Made by a program: the position numbers and the translations under genes
From: Tricharina praecox
Lineage: Eukaryota
DNA: 64,000 nt
NCBI RefSeq assembly: GCF_024521635.1
Contig: NW_026250423.1
Coordinates: 186,001-250,000 of the forward strand
Direction of reading: 5' to 3'
The notes under the pieces: generated by a model
The model's database searches: none
What the model was told of the DNA's origin: nothing
Seen by the model: only the letters and a program-made list of their open reading frames with translations
Shown: in pieces, positions 12,987 to 28,550 of the stretch
Layout of the letters: the number at the start of each line of letters is the position of its first letter
Position numbering within the stretch: the stretch's first letter is position 1

Positions 12987-13921
12987 ATGCCCCCACCCCC
13001 TCCCCCTCCCCCTCCGCCACAAAAGCAAGCCCAAAAGACTTTAACAATCCTGCTCACCGGCTTCGGCCCCTTCGTACGAATAAGCGACAACCCGTCATGG
13101 TCCATCGTGGAGACGCTCTTATCCAGCGGACCACTTACCATCCGCACTCCTTCCACACTCTACACAATCCACCTCCTCCCCCACCCCTCCGCCATAAAAG
13201 TCAGCTACGCGACTATCGATGCGCTCGTCCCCAGCCTGTGGGAGACAGGGACGCGTGCTTGGGACTACGTGCTGCATATTGGCGTTGGCCGCGAGGGTGG
13301 GTTCAAGCTTGAGCGAAGGGCGTGGGTAGACGGGTATGTGCTCAGGGATGTGGATGGGCGGTTTCCGGGGGATGGAGGGGTGGGGGACGGGGTGGGTAAG
13401 GGGGAGGGGAAGGGGAAGGGGAAGGGGGAGGGGGAGGGGAAGGGGGAAGAGAAGGGCGTCGAGATGAAGGGCGTGCATGGCGGCGAGCAGGCGCTGCCGC
13501 TAGACGAGCGCCCTGGAAGACAGCTGTACACCGCACTGGACGTTGAGGCGATCGCGAAGTTCGTCGGCGAGAGCGTTACTGTGCGTTCCCCTCCCCATCC
13601 CCCCCCTCCCCCACTTCCCTTCCCCTCCCCGCCCCCGCCCCCCGGCCCCCAGGTCGCCAGGCTGACTCTACACAGGCCAAAGAGGACGCCACACTAGTCG
13701 ACATCGTCGCCAGCGGCGATCCGGGTATGTTCCTGTGCGGGTATACGTTCCGCGCGTCACTGCTGGAGGCGGAGAAGCGTGGCGAGGAGGAGAGGGCGCG
13801 CGTGCTGTTTCTGCATGTGCCGCCGAAGGGGAAGAGGTATGGTGTTGATACTGGGGTGGACGTGGTGCTCAAGGTGGTGGAGGGGATGGTTAGATGTGGG
13901 GAGGGGGCGGGGTTTACGTAG
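12987..13921 (+). CDS. Pyroglutamyl-peptidase I (peptidase C15)
   Basis: ILLTGFGPF, DNPSWSIV, LHIGV, LERRA (Glu), DPGMFLCG (Cys) and LFLHVP (His). Intron at 13581-13675. Confidence 0.85.
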
Positions 13922-14128
13922 AGTCTTAGAAGGGCTGTAGGAATATGGGACTCGGGTGTATAGGATAGAACGGGATAGTGAATGACTCCACAGTCTGGCG
14001 CCTGGAGTTGTATGGTACTTGTAGATTCTCAATTTTGCGTCTATATACACCCCCTCCCTTCACTGTACAACCAGCCAGCCAACGGTTCGTTCACCAGCAA
14101 CCTATCCCCGCAAGTGACAATCTATGCA

Positions 14129-16048
14129 TCAAAAGGCTTCGTCCTGTCAGCAATCACTCGTCTTCCAGGAGCACGACCAGGAGCACAATCAGACTTACTA
14201 TGTTCAGTACTATCCTTCCCGACGGCACTAGTAGCCGAGGAGTTCGCAATGCTCTGGAGGATTCCATCGACGTAATTTGCGCCGCTCCACTTCTGATGGG
14301 TGAGGACATCGCATCCGAGCTCCTTCTCCTTCTTCTGGACGAGCTCTACATACGCGAGCATTCCGTCTGTCTTGAACCTGCGGGAGAGCTCGCACGTGGC
14401 GGCAGCGCCCGAGTGCAGTCCGGCGAGCGAGATTAGCTGCAGCACGAACCCCTCCTTCGCCATGTCCCAGACGAAGCTCTTCAGCCCGGCCTCGTCGAAG
14501 CCCTCGTTGAGCCAGTTGAAGCTGGGCGAGAGGTTGTAGACGAGCCACTTCCCTTCGCCGGGGGAGCCGGGGGCGCGGATCTCGCGCGCGAAGCTGCGCG
14601 CCTGCGCGATCGACGGCTTTTTGGTCTCGAGCCAGAGAAGGTCGGCGTAGGGCGCGAAGGCCTGCGCGCGCTTGGTGGCCGCCGCCATGCCCGCTTTGAA
14701 GTGGTAGTAGCCTTCGCGCGTGCGCGGCACGTCCCACGAGAAGAAGATGTCGCGGCCGAGGGCGGATTTGGCGGCGGCTCGCGCATCGCTGTTGCTGCGT
14801 GTGCTGGCGTTGGTGAGGTACTCGTCGATTTTGGATTGCGGCGCGGAGGAGGCCTGAAGGGCTTCGACTACCGCTTCGTCGAAGGTCACCAGCTTGTGCT
14901 TGGATACCCACTCGGCTTCCACCTCGGCGATCTTCTCGCCGCTGACGCCGGACCGCTCCATCTCGTAGAGGACTTCGCTGAGGGGCTTGACGTCCTCAGT
15001 CACTCCGAGGATGTATTGCTGATCGCGGGCATCGACGGAGCTGCTGATGAGCTTGCCGGTCTCCGAGTCGGTGCGGGCGATGAGGAGGTTCTCGGTGCCC
15101 ATCAGGTCCCATTGGAAGCGGGTGGCGATCAGGCGGTTGATGTGCTCGCCCGTGGGGACGAGGACCTTGCCGGACAAGTGCCCGCATTTCTTGCCGCCGT
15201 GCATCTGGTCCTCCATGTGGATTGCCGCAGCGCCGTTCTCGGCGAAGAGTTTGGCGAGCTTCATCACCGCCGAAAGTCCACCGTGTCTGGCCATCGTCAG
15301 CACCGAAGGACACCTGATCCATTGGGGGGTGGGAGCCTACCCAGTATCCGCATCGGCAATGATGGGCCGGAGGTAGTCGATGTACGGTGTCTTCTTCTTG
15401 TCCTCGAGCGACAGGGCTATTCTCTGATCCCAATGCCGCTTATCGTGCAACTGCTGGGCCTTGAACAATCGCTGCACCTGATTCGGCACCGTGTTGTACG
15501 GATAGTCTCCCAAGTCCGGCGAGACCTCATTGGTAGTGGTCAAGATACTCGAAGCTGCCCATCCGCTGACATACAGGACCTCCTGGTTCTCCGCCTGCTG
15601 CGTCATCTGCACGGGATCGATAGCACCCACTTCGCACTTCCGTTAGCACATCCCACCCCGCCTCCGCCAATCCCTCAGCACAGTAGGAAAGAAACGCACT
15701 CGTGTGCACCGGCAACCCCTCCTTCGCCCTCGTTTCCAGCAGACTGTACAACTTCCTCGCCATGGTTGAGCTGGGATAATCCTGCTTCAGGGTGCCGCGC
15801 TTTGTCGCGACCTCCCGCGCACTGTAGGGTCGCTTTATCCCCTTCCACCGCGGACTCTTCCACCACTCCTCGATGGCCTCAATCTCGCTCCGCAACAGCG
15901 CATCCTCCTGTTCCGGTGTGGGAGCGACGTGTAGGGCAGTGGAGGACATGCGTGTGGTGACGACCGTGAACGCCGATTGTGCATGCGAGGTCGTGGAGAG
16001 GATGCGCGGGAGCTGCGGGACGCGGACTCGCGGGAGCTGGCGGAGCAT
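14129..16048 (-). CDS. ICL2: Mitochondrial 2-methylisocitrate lyase (isocitrate lyase family)
   Basis: [26 protein letters not shown] and [17 protein letters not shown] is the methylisocitrate-type motif rather than FITLAG. Arg-rich presequence [10 protein letters not shown] tiny last exon after an AAG acceptor gives ..STEHTF*. Confidence 0.88.
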
Positions 16049-18109
16049 GGTGTGTGTTCGGTACGTGCGTAGTGGTGGTGGGAACAGTAGGCGGCCGGCG
16101 GTGTGGTGGGGCAGAAGCGTGGGCTTTGGTGTTCCCCACGATGACCATATACCTACTCCACCTACCTGGGTAAGTACTCTAGCACCCGCCCCCGCAGGTT
16201 GGTTACCCAGGGCTTCCCGAGGTAGGCCGAACGGAGCTGAGAGTCCCTGCGGTCGATCGATATGCACAGTACGGCGCATCATAGAGTAACGAAACGGTTA
16301 TGTGTGGAGAAATGCATTGAGAGACTACAAGTTGCCCACGGGAGCATCTTTGGAGCTTCGTCGCTGTATTGTACTATCATAGACAACCGCGATCACATGC
16401 TAACCAGCAGCTAACTATCGGCAACTACACGCGTAGCTTACTCCACCTCCACCTCTCACTCCGAGGCGTCCAGCAGCAATACATCTACCCAAGTGCCAGG
16501 TAGTATGTACAGACATCGAAGCCTTGCAGTCGACTGCACAAATAATAGCTCGACTTATTCTTCTGTTTTTCTGTTTTCCTGTTTTCCTGAGATACGGACT
16601 TCTGGGGAAGAAGCCACGTGATTTTATACCGCACCGCCGGTCAACAGAGCTTCTCCACGCAAAACCACCCTTCATTATATCATACTCTTACCGAGTCAAG
16701 TCGCACGGTTGCATGTAGTCCAGAGTATCCTCGGTATACGATATACACAGACGAAACAGTGCTAATTCGAGAAGCGCAGCATCATCTCGTGCCAGTCTGC
16801 CCGACCGAACATCGTGAGGACCCAGCAGTGCCACCTCCCTAGGTATCCGGCGCATATCGAATAATCTGGTGTGATTCCCCCCAAACGCTCAAGGAGCCTC
16901 CGCATTGTATTGTACATAAATATGTACCCTCCAACATACATGCCCAGTATTACCTTGCGAGCAAGGGCTGTCCTGTCCTGTCCGGTCAGGCACCGCTCGA
17001 GGGTTTCTGGGTACTCTCGATAGGTACCCGTATTCTCATGCATGCCCATGTACTGTAGGTACATACCGGTAGGTACTCTAAGTGCTTGTTTCATTCTGCG
17101 GTGTCCTTTCCGGGGGAAAATTCGGCGCCAGCTTGCTAGAGGAGAATCAGAGATGGGGCCGCACACGGATGGGAAGTAAATACTTACCTACCTGGTGCTT
17201 GTTGCTATCATAGCATGAAACTTGCTGACACTGGGAGAACGGTCGGTCGCGAAGGATAGGTGGGCTCGGTGAGTTCTGGTGTGATCGGTGGTTGCTTGGC
17301 TCTGGAAATATAGAATCCTTGATCGTGGGGAGAAGGTTGGGGGTTTTCGTTGGACTGGATTCGGAATACACTCCGTAGTACCATGGAGACTGTATGTGTT
17401 GTGCTGGTACATAGAAGGTTCGGCTTGGCGTGCATGAAGCAACTCGACTGTAGCCACGCTCGTGTGGCGGGGTGGCTAGGGTGAATGGTGTCTGTTAGTA
17501 AGGGAGAGGGGCGAACCTAAGCTGGGATTGAGATTCAAGAGCGAGCTTCTTCCCTCTCTCACTAACCTCTACTGAACACAGAATCACGAGAATCGCAGCT
17601 AACTCCACCTTCTTCTGAGGATAGACTTCTGCCCTTTTTCGATGATTCGAGGCGCAGCTCACCCACATCGCTAATCTACCACACACGGCTAAAGCCCGGT
17701 CAGCACCCCACACGACTACCTAGTATTAATACCTGGCGCATTCACGTAGGCACAATCATATATGCCCTCCAGCTTCTGGATTTCTGCCTCCACATGCCCC
17801 ATTGGCTGACATGCTGATCTCGTCGTCGGTCGGTTGGTCTGCGGCTGAGCCACGATGGTACGGTACCTAGTCTTCAGCAGGTCTCACCTGGCGAGTGTGC
17901 AGTGCAGCAGTAGTAGTACAGGGGGGCGCGAGTGGTCACGACGGAGACAAGAAGGGAGGAGTCTGGACTGCCGTGGAGCGCTGCGAAATGTATATATCCT
18001 CGAGAGCCCAGCCGAGAAATTCGCATCGGTCTCATCCAAGTCCCTGGGTACATACATCATATCCAGTCGTCACGAAATATCACCCGCCCCGCCGATCCCC
18101 TCCAAAAAT

Positions 18110-18682
18110 ATGCAATCCTACACCAGCACCGTCGCCCACCACCACCGCCGCCCCACCCTTCTCCTCCTCCTCTTGGGTCTCCTCGCCACCGTCTCAGCCC
18201 GGCCATTGACAGCCGTCAAACCCGCCTCCTCGACGGCAGGCAACGACAACAGTGCGCGCGCACGACAAAACCGCACGATCGCTTTAGTCTGCGGACTCAT
18301 CGGCGGCACGCTGTTTTTGGGGGTAGTCACGTATGCGGTCTACCTGTTCTGCTTCAAGAAGCGGCGTGCGGGGGGAGACCTAAAGGCGGAGGATGGGGAC
18401 AAGAGTGGGGAAATGCAGGAGGCTAGGGAGTCCAGGAGGAGGAGCATCTTTGCTGGACAGTCGATTGCTGTGAGGGTGCCGACTTTGATAGTCAATGAGG
18501 AGAGGAAGGAGGGCGAGGGAAGACCGTTTCTGGAGAAGGGGCTGGTGTCCAGGGCGGGCACGCCGGAGCTGGAGTTGGAGAGGGTGCAGTCGCCAACGGT
18601 GTACTGCGATGAGCTGGAGGAGAGCAAAGGGCACGGGGTTGCTGCGGTAAAAAATACGCCGATGGCAGAGCGTGGTGCTTGA
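18110..18682 (+). CDS. Small single-pass membrane protein with signal peptide, function unknown
   Basis: Hydrophobic N-terminus LLLLLLGLLATVSA, one TM helix IALVCGLIGGTLFLGVVTYAVYLF followed by CFKKRR. TATA-like TATATAT at about 17991. Confidence 0.65.
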   Translation: MQSYTSTVAHHHRRPTLLLLLLGLLATVSARPLTAVKPASSTAGNDNSARARQNRTIALVCGLIGGTLFLGVVTYAVYLFCFKKRRAGGDLKAEDGDKSGEMQEARESRRRSIFAGQSIAVRVPTLIVNEERKEGEGRPFLEKGLVSRAGTPELELERVQSPTVYCDELEESKGHGVAAVKNTPMAERGA

Positions 18683-20097
18683 TTTCTTTTCTACGCTGTA
18701 AATATACCGTACGGGCTTGGTGTTCGGAGTTATCCATGGGTCGTTTTTCTTCTATCACCTCATTCTGAGGAGTTCACGGGATAGGTTTCATGGATGGCGT
18801 GCAAACATCGGCAATTGGGTATAACGGATCAAGTTCTTCGGTCAAACGTGTGTACTCGCACATCATGATCATGGCCAAAGTGCGTGAGAAGGAATTGATG
18901 CCAGCATGTATGTACATCCATGACTGCGCAGAACGCGGTACCAGTCCCGCCAGTCCCGCCAGCTCTCGTCCTTCAGGTGAGGACATCTCCACATGCAAAC
19001 GTTGGATTATATGTACCTCTCGTCCCAATCCGAAGAGATCCGGACCCTCACTGAGAAGCGCCTCAAGGTCACACACGCACTTATCTGCGGGAAGAATGTT
19101 GGGTGGCTGATTACACCGACCTCCTGCGGGGCCTGACGGACGCCTGAACTCCAGCCGCGTGTAAGCGAATTCAAGATGTTCGGCCTGAACTTTGAAGCAC
19201 TGGAGTCGATGTTGGATGCATGTGTCTGCAAGTACATACTGGAACCGCAGTCAGTGAATCGTAAAGACCCGTACTTTACTTATCCCTCTCTTCCCTACCA
19301 TCACTACCCCAATCAAATATGACCGCTGGCCGACAGAGATCTAGGCTTGTCGAGAGGGGAACTCCCATGGTAGATATAGTGATGGATACGAGGAGCGGGC
19401 ACTAGTATACCTACCCCAGTCGTCGGCGGGTTCCTATCGAAAAGGTTGTTTCTTGGTGGGTTCGGCTGTTGCTACTGTTCTCTCCGGTGTGCAGAGTTGA
19501 TCGAGGAGGCACTTCTTGACCGCATGTTCGAGACTCAAGCTCCCGTTAAGGCCTGCAACAGCCAAGCAACTAGCGCATGTCCCTGCCTTAGTCAGTGTAG
19601 TACGGAGCTAGTTAACTTTGATGCGATTTCACTAGCCTTTCAAGGAAGCTAGTGTGAGAGTTAGTGAATGGTAGTTAATTTCATAATGTATGTACCGTAT
19701 ATACGACCTACACGAGCCATCAATTGAAGGTGAGCGGCACAGAGCGGATGTCCCTTCATCCATACAATTGTATCCTACGGAGCCTTCAACCTCGAATGGA
19801 GTACACAGCCATGATGTCATGAAACGATACGATGCATGGGGTTTTGTTTGGTTCACACTTCCTCAACACATCCTCGACGACAGGTTGCCTCAGAGCCAAA
19901 AACAACATAGGTTCTGCTGGAAAGTACAAGTCTTACGGCTAGCAATTCGCTCTTTCACTGCTTGCTCTCTGGACCCTTTGTCGCTCGCTTCACGCACACA
20001 TTCTTCTGTTGCGGCTGAATCCGAACGATTCCGTCCTTACAATTATCACCAATACTCACACCTTAACCCACAAACATCGCCACAAACACTGCTCAAC

Positions 20098-21797
20098 ATG
20101 CGGTTCCTTCGCACCATTGAGCGGTTGACCGTGGCCATGTTACATCTGCTCGCAGTGACGGCGTATGACCTGGACCCCACCAACAAGGGTGAGCTCACCG
20201 CATCACCATTCATCACTGACTTCTCGCCGCCTTGCATTCCTAACTATCCAATTTCCTCATAGAATCGGTCTCATGGTCTCGGAGAGAGTAGCATACAAGA
20301 TGATGCAGTATTATCCGGGCAATCGGACCGGTGGCACCCCCGGAATCTTCGGCGTGCCCATCTTCTGGGTCCGTGTTCGACCCTCCTCTTGCACGGAATG
20401 CGCTTCGGGAACGGTACATACTGATACCTAGAACATAGTGGGAGTCCGGCGCAATCTTCGGAAGCTTGATTGACTACTGGTACTACACTGGCAACAGTGG
20501 GTACAACGATGTCGTCTCCGAGGCCATCCGGTGCCAGGTCGGCGAAGAGCAGAACTTCATGCCGTCCAATCAATCGCACACAATGGTTTGCTTCTCGGGA
20601 ACTAGTTGGTTGAAACTTGACTACGGGTGCTGATGAATGAAATCTACCATTAGGGAAACGACGACCAGTGCTTCTGGGCATTGACCGCCATGGCCGCCGC
20701 GGAGAGGAACTTTGCCAACCCCCGCCGACAAGCCGCAGTGGCTGGCACTCGCCCAGGCTGTCTTCAACACTCAGGCGACACGGTGGGACCCGAGGACGTG
20801 TGGTGGCGGTCTCCGCTGGCAGACAGTCGCGATCGCAGACGGATATAACTACAAAAACACAATTTCTAATGGATGCTTCTTCAATATCGCTGTGAGGCTT
20901 GCTAGATATACCGGAAACGATCCCTATGCCGTCTGGGCTGAGAAGACGTACGACTGGCTCGGGGATGTCAAATTGATAAACGCCACAACTTGGGACGTCC
21001 ACGATGACCACCAGACCGCCACGGACTGCTCCGACAATAGAGAAGGCCTCGACGATAACCGCTGGAGTTACAATCTTGGGATACTGTTATCGGGCTCTGT
21101 CTACCTCTACAACTACGCAAGGCACACTCACCCAATCTTGACAAAGTTCCTGGCTGATTTTGTGACCAGACCAACGGCGAGTCGAAATGGAAGCACCGTG
21201 TCGACGGCTTCCTGAACGCCACAGACTTCTTCTTCAAGGCGCAACCCCACTACGGCATCGACGGCGTTCTCTGGGAGCCCCAGTGCGAGCGGTGGGGCGT
21301 ATGCGACATCGACCAAAAGTCGTTCAAGGTCAGTTTCACCAGCTCATTCTCACTCCCTCGCCAGCAACTAACGTCCTCAGGCGTATATGTCGCGCTTCCT
21401 CGCCCTCGCCGCCAAGATGGCGCCCTTCACCGACCGCATCATGTCCAAGCTGCGCAGCAGCGCCATCGCCGCGGCAAAGCACTGGTCGGGGTACACAGAC
21501 GGCAACACCTGCGGGATGAAATGGACGCTGGACGGAGAATGGGATGGCACCGGCGATGTCGGCCACCAGCTGTCCGCGCTCGAAACTATCCAGAGCAACC
21601 TGATATTCCACGTGCAGCCCCCGCTCACTCATGTCTCCCCCGGTGCGAATAGGGGAAGTCCGGGTGCGGGAGGAGCGGCCGCGGATGAGGCTGTGCATTG
21701 GAAGGCCACCATGGCGGATGAGGCTGGAGCGTGGATACTGACCGCGGTGGTTTCGGCGGCGGTTGCGGGTACGGCGTGGTGGATGGCGATGAATTGA
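20098..21797 (+). pseudogene. GH76 alpha-1,6-mannanase (DCW1/DFG5-like) with two apparent frameshifts
   Basis: [27 protein letters not shown], catalytic GNDDQ, CGGGLRWQ, YKNTISNG and DQKSFK, plus a GPI-like hydrophobic C-terminus. The frame breaks at about 20270 and in the C5 run at 20719-20723. Confidence 0.75.
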
Positions 21798-23629
21798 TGG
21801 TCTTGCATCTGTTGATGTGCGAGTCCGTGGCACTTGGGATAACGGCTTGTGGGCGCTTTTCAAGATGCTTGATCAACGTGGATCGCTGACCTCGTGGATT
21901 TTCTGGAAGTATATAACTGTTACTATTCTGCACCGTTACTCTCCTTCCCCTCAGCTTCGCCATCGGCATGGCTATCGGCGCACTCGAACGGCAAACCATG
22001 GCCAATGATTGTTGTTGGGACATAGTCAATACGAATCACTCGTAATTCCCCTGGCTTTCAAACTCGGCCAGGGATAGGATGGAGGGGCGTGGATTGCCAT
22101 GATCTGGCTAGGTCACAGGCGATAGGTGATTAAACAAACGAACAAACTCAGCTCATGGGATATATTATCTCGTGAGATGAGAGCTTGAATTGTGCCAAAC
22201 AATATGCTCGCCCTCCCTGTGTGCTTGACGGTCGATCCATCCGAAGTTTTGGGATCTCCCCTGGCACTGGTGGCCCTGTGCTCTGCCGAGATGGCACTGG
22301 TCGGTCCCGTATTCCCCAGCCTCAGACGGGTCTTCCGGCATCGGGTAGCCCCACGCGGCCCCGCTATCTCCTCCCAACTCACCGCTCCAGCACGGGCTCC
22401 TCCAAGCAGATTTTGCGGGCCTAACTAGCGCCGGTGTCTGCCGAGTGATGTTCACGTTCCTCGGACGACACCTGTTATCTCGGTGGTCGGTGGGGAGTAT
22501 TCGAGAATGTAGAGTAACCGGCTTCCCACAGGTGACAAAGGCCACCAGTATCCCCATCACCGTCGCTTGGGACAGCTACGCAAATAGGGGTCGATTCTTT
22601 CATCCAGAAAAAGGATCCCGAACAGTAGCGTGCATCACGAGGCCATTAATGCGGATGTAGGGGGCCCAGCAACGGCGAACAAGCGCAGCTCCTATGGTTG
22701 TGCGGACAGTGAGCCGCCTGCCACCGCCGACTTAGGTGTACGAGTAACTGCTGGGGACTTCGTGTGGTGGGACTTCGACGATGTTGTGATATACATCACC
22801 CGGTTTTACGGACGGCACTGCTACTCGGTTAGAGGTCTGGTTACTTTGATGTCATCTGGTAGAAGAGAAATAAACAGGTGCGGTGATGACGACTCGCCTT
22901 CTGCCTTCTTGCACAGCGAATGCAGTCGAAGCCGGATGCTATGGGTTCTTTCATGATGAATCTCCAGGATAAATAGGTAGATGAGTACTCGCTTGGCCTC
23001 ACTACGAATGATTCTCACGTGTTCTTCCACTCCGCCGTTGGTCAGTGGCTTGGCTACATCCACAGCCACTTCTCCGGCTTAGCCCACGTGATCAGCGAGC
23101 ACTGCCACTACATACCGGAAGCATTGCAGTCGTCAGCTCCACCGAAGCAGTGTTACTTTAGGTAGAAGGGCAGCCCACCATCTTGAACGGAACTGAGTTC
23201 AAAACAAACGAACCGCCCATCTGCTACTCTGCTTTTTCCTCTTCTCTTTCATCCTCCTCTTCTTCCGCTCACTTGAATATCATTCTCACTTGAATACATT
23301 CAAAGGTTGTTTGGAACAAGACCTCAAACCTCAAACCTGCCTAATCTCCTGTTGCCATAATAATCCCTGTGACCGAGCGCAACCTTCCACCCAAACTCTC
23401 TCACACCTGCCTGGCCTGTGCTTACTTGCTTCATCGACACACCCACCCCCCCAAAACCTACCAACAATCACTCCGCCAGCTTCTCTTTCTACAACCCCCT
23501 CACGAACACTCCACCACCTCCGCCAAGTAACGACTGAACGAATCTAACGGCTCCGAACCGTCGTCGACTCTTCGCCTCTATACCCCCTTCGCTACTTATC
23601 CCAAACCGCCTCGCGTACCAATCTAAACA

Positions 23630-24578
23630 ATGGCCGATCAGCCTTACGACCCGTACATTCCCAGCGGCAACGCCGGTGCTGGCAACCCTCAGGGCCAGCC
23701 AGGCAACCAGCGGACTGCGGCTATTCAGCAGGTTCGTTTCCGCTCCACCTTTTGTTTCCGTCGCTTCCGGTTGTGCTTTTCGAGGTCATGATGGCGGAGA
23801 GGGGGGGAGGGGGGTGTGGGTTTGCTCGGGTTGCGATGTGCTATTCGCCCCCTTTGCTCTCGTCGGCTACGGGCGCGCAATCTATGCTCGTCACTTTACG
23901 ACACAGCGACCGATGGGCGTCGTGCCGACTTCGACGATCAACCACGAGAGAGCTTCATCATCTGCTCTGTGGAAATTTTGCGCTCGGTGAAGCTACGTCG
24001 TCACAGTTGCAACATGTGAGGTTGCGGCTGGGCTGAGGATAGATAGCGCCCGCCCGCGCAGAACACAGCCATCATGACTTCGAAACACCATTAGAACTTG
24101 AGCTCGCTGAGGAGTTTATTTTTGGAAGGAACCCTTGCTGACGCGGAACGTCGCCATCATGTAGCAAATTGATGACACCGTCGGTATTATGCGCGAGAAC
24201 ATCAACAAGGTCGCGGACCGCGGCGCCAGACTCGACAGTCTCCAGGACAAGACCGGTACGTAGGAGGACCGGTTGTACGGCTACAGCCGCCTGTTCGCGA
24301 GTGCGGGTTTTTTTTCTTCGAGATGGTTGCTGAACATTCCGCTTGCAGATAACTTGGCTGTCTCTGCCCAGGGATTCCGTCGCGGCGCCAACAGGGTCCG
24401 AAAGCAGATGTGGTGGAAGGACATGAAGATGCGCATGTGGATAGCCGTTGGTATCATCATCCTGCTGGTGATCATCATCGTTCCGGTGGTTTTACACACG
24501 TAAGTCGGCTGTAGCCCTCCGTTTCCCCAAACCGAGCACCCCGTATTGATATTGGTTGGCCACAGGACGGGCAAGTAA
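23630..24578 (+). CDS. SNC1: Synaptobrevin/VAMP v-SNARE
   Basis: Spliced product [74 protein letters not shown] followed by a C-terminal TM helix. Four exons. Confidence 0.95.
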
Positions 24579-25741
24579 AGTGTTCCGTGAACTGGGAAGG
24601 GAGGGGTATACACTGTTAAACCCATCAAAAACAATTCACGAGACCACGCAACGCCTTGTTTTGGTAGCATCGAGGGGTAGATAATGGTGGGGAAGGCGGA
24701 GCGGTGAACTTTCTGGGTTTCCCCTGGTGTACCTTTTATGTTTGATGTTTTTCTTTTTGCGTATGACTTTCCTTTTTGTTCCATTGCACGGCTGCTTTGC
24801 CGCGTGAAGGCGTCTTTTGCTCTTCCGGTCTCCTCGGCCTGCGCATCGTAGATCAATGTGCCTCGCGGCCAGGTTTCCCGGCAAAGGACCACTTTCACGA
24901 TGAAGCAGTTGGGGGAGGGCGGGGAGTTGATGAGGTTAAGTGTTTTTTCTTTCTTTTGTCTTGTTTCTTCTCTAACGACCTGCCATGGGCTTCAATTGAT
25001 ATGTTTGCGAAATGCTGTGTATTCTTATGGGGTGGTATTGTTTTGTCCGTCTATCCATCGTGTCTCTGGAGATATATACAGGTGTCCCTACATCACGGGC
25101 CATAGGCCCGCCCTCGCGCGCGGGGCACCCTGCCACCTGTCGGAGCTCCTCATGAGAACCGCGACCTCCCCGGGCCTTGAACTCATGTCATAGCGCGCCA
25201 CAGCTTTGATTTGGTGTCATAATTCCCTTTGTCGTCTGTTTCCCTCTGGGCTCGGTTTCACGTCATCGCAGATCGGTCGGACTTGTGGGGTGGAGAAACG
25301 CATGGCAGAATTTTTTTGAGAGATCCCTGCAAAACCTTGCACTCTGTCCGCGGATATTCATTTTTTTCGTTGCTGTTGAAAATTCTGATATCCACGGTCA
25401 CGATCACGAGAGTCAGAGAAGACAGATAATCGTACGAACAATTCGCGTACACTGCTTCGAGATATCCAACCACTTCTCGGGATTCAGAGAGCACCACTGC
25501 CGCTGCTTCGGAGGTGTCAGAATTGAGCGGCCCTTTCGGTTCTCCGGCTGCTTTTAGCTTGCGGTTTGCGTCTACCTTGACTGGGGGTGAGATCTACCAG
25601 CCCGGCCCGTTCCCCGTTGTCGTCCCCGCCCCGCCGCCCTCCAGCTCCTGCCCGCTTTTCCTGCTACCCTCCCTCCCCCTCATTCTCGTGCCTTCTGCCG
25701 GGCCCATCTGATTTCTTGCCCCGGATTGACTAGCTACCTAG

Positions 25742-28550
<2,809 letters not shown>

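Noticed and set aside
14701..15960. Long antisense ORFs over ICL2 (likewise 26300-27571 over ARG5,6 and 39180-40145 over RAD1)
   Set aside because: These are shadow ORFs expected from GC-rich codon bias opposite real genes, with no recognisable motifs.
9777..16048. MFS, peptidase and methylisocitrate lyase as a metabolic gene cluster
   Set aside because: No shared pathway or backbone enzyme. They look like unrelated housekeeping neighbours.
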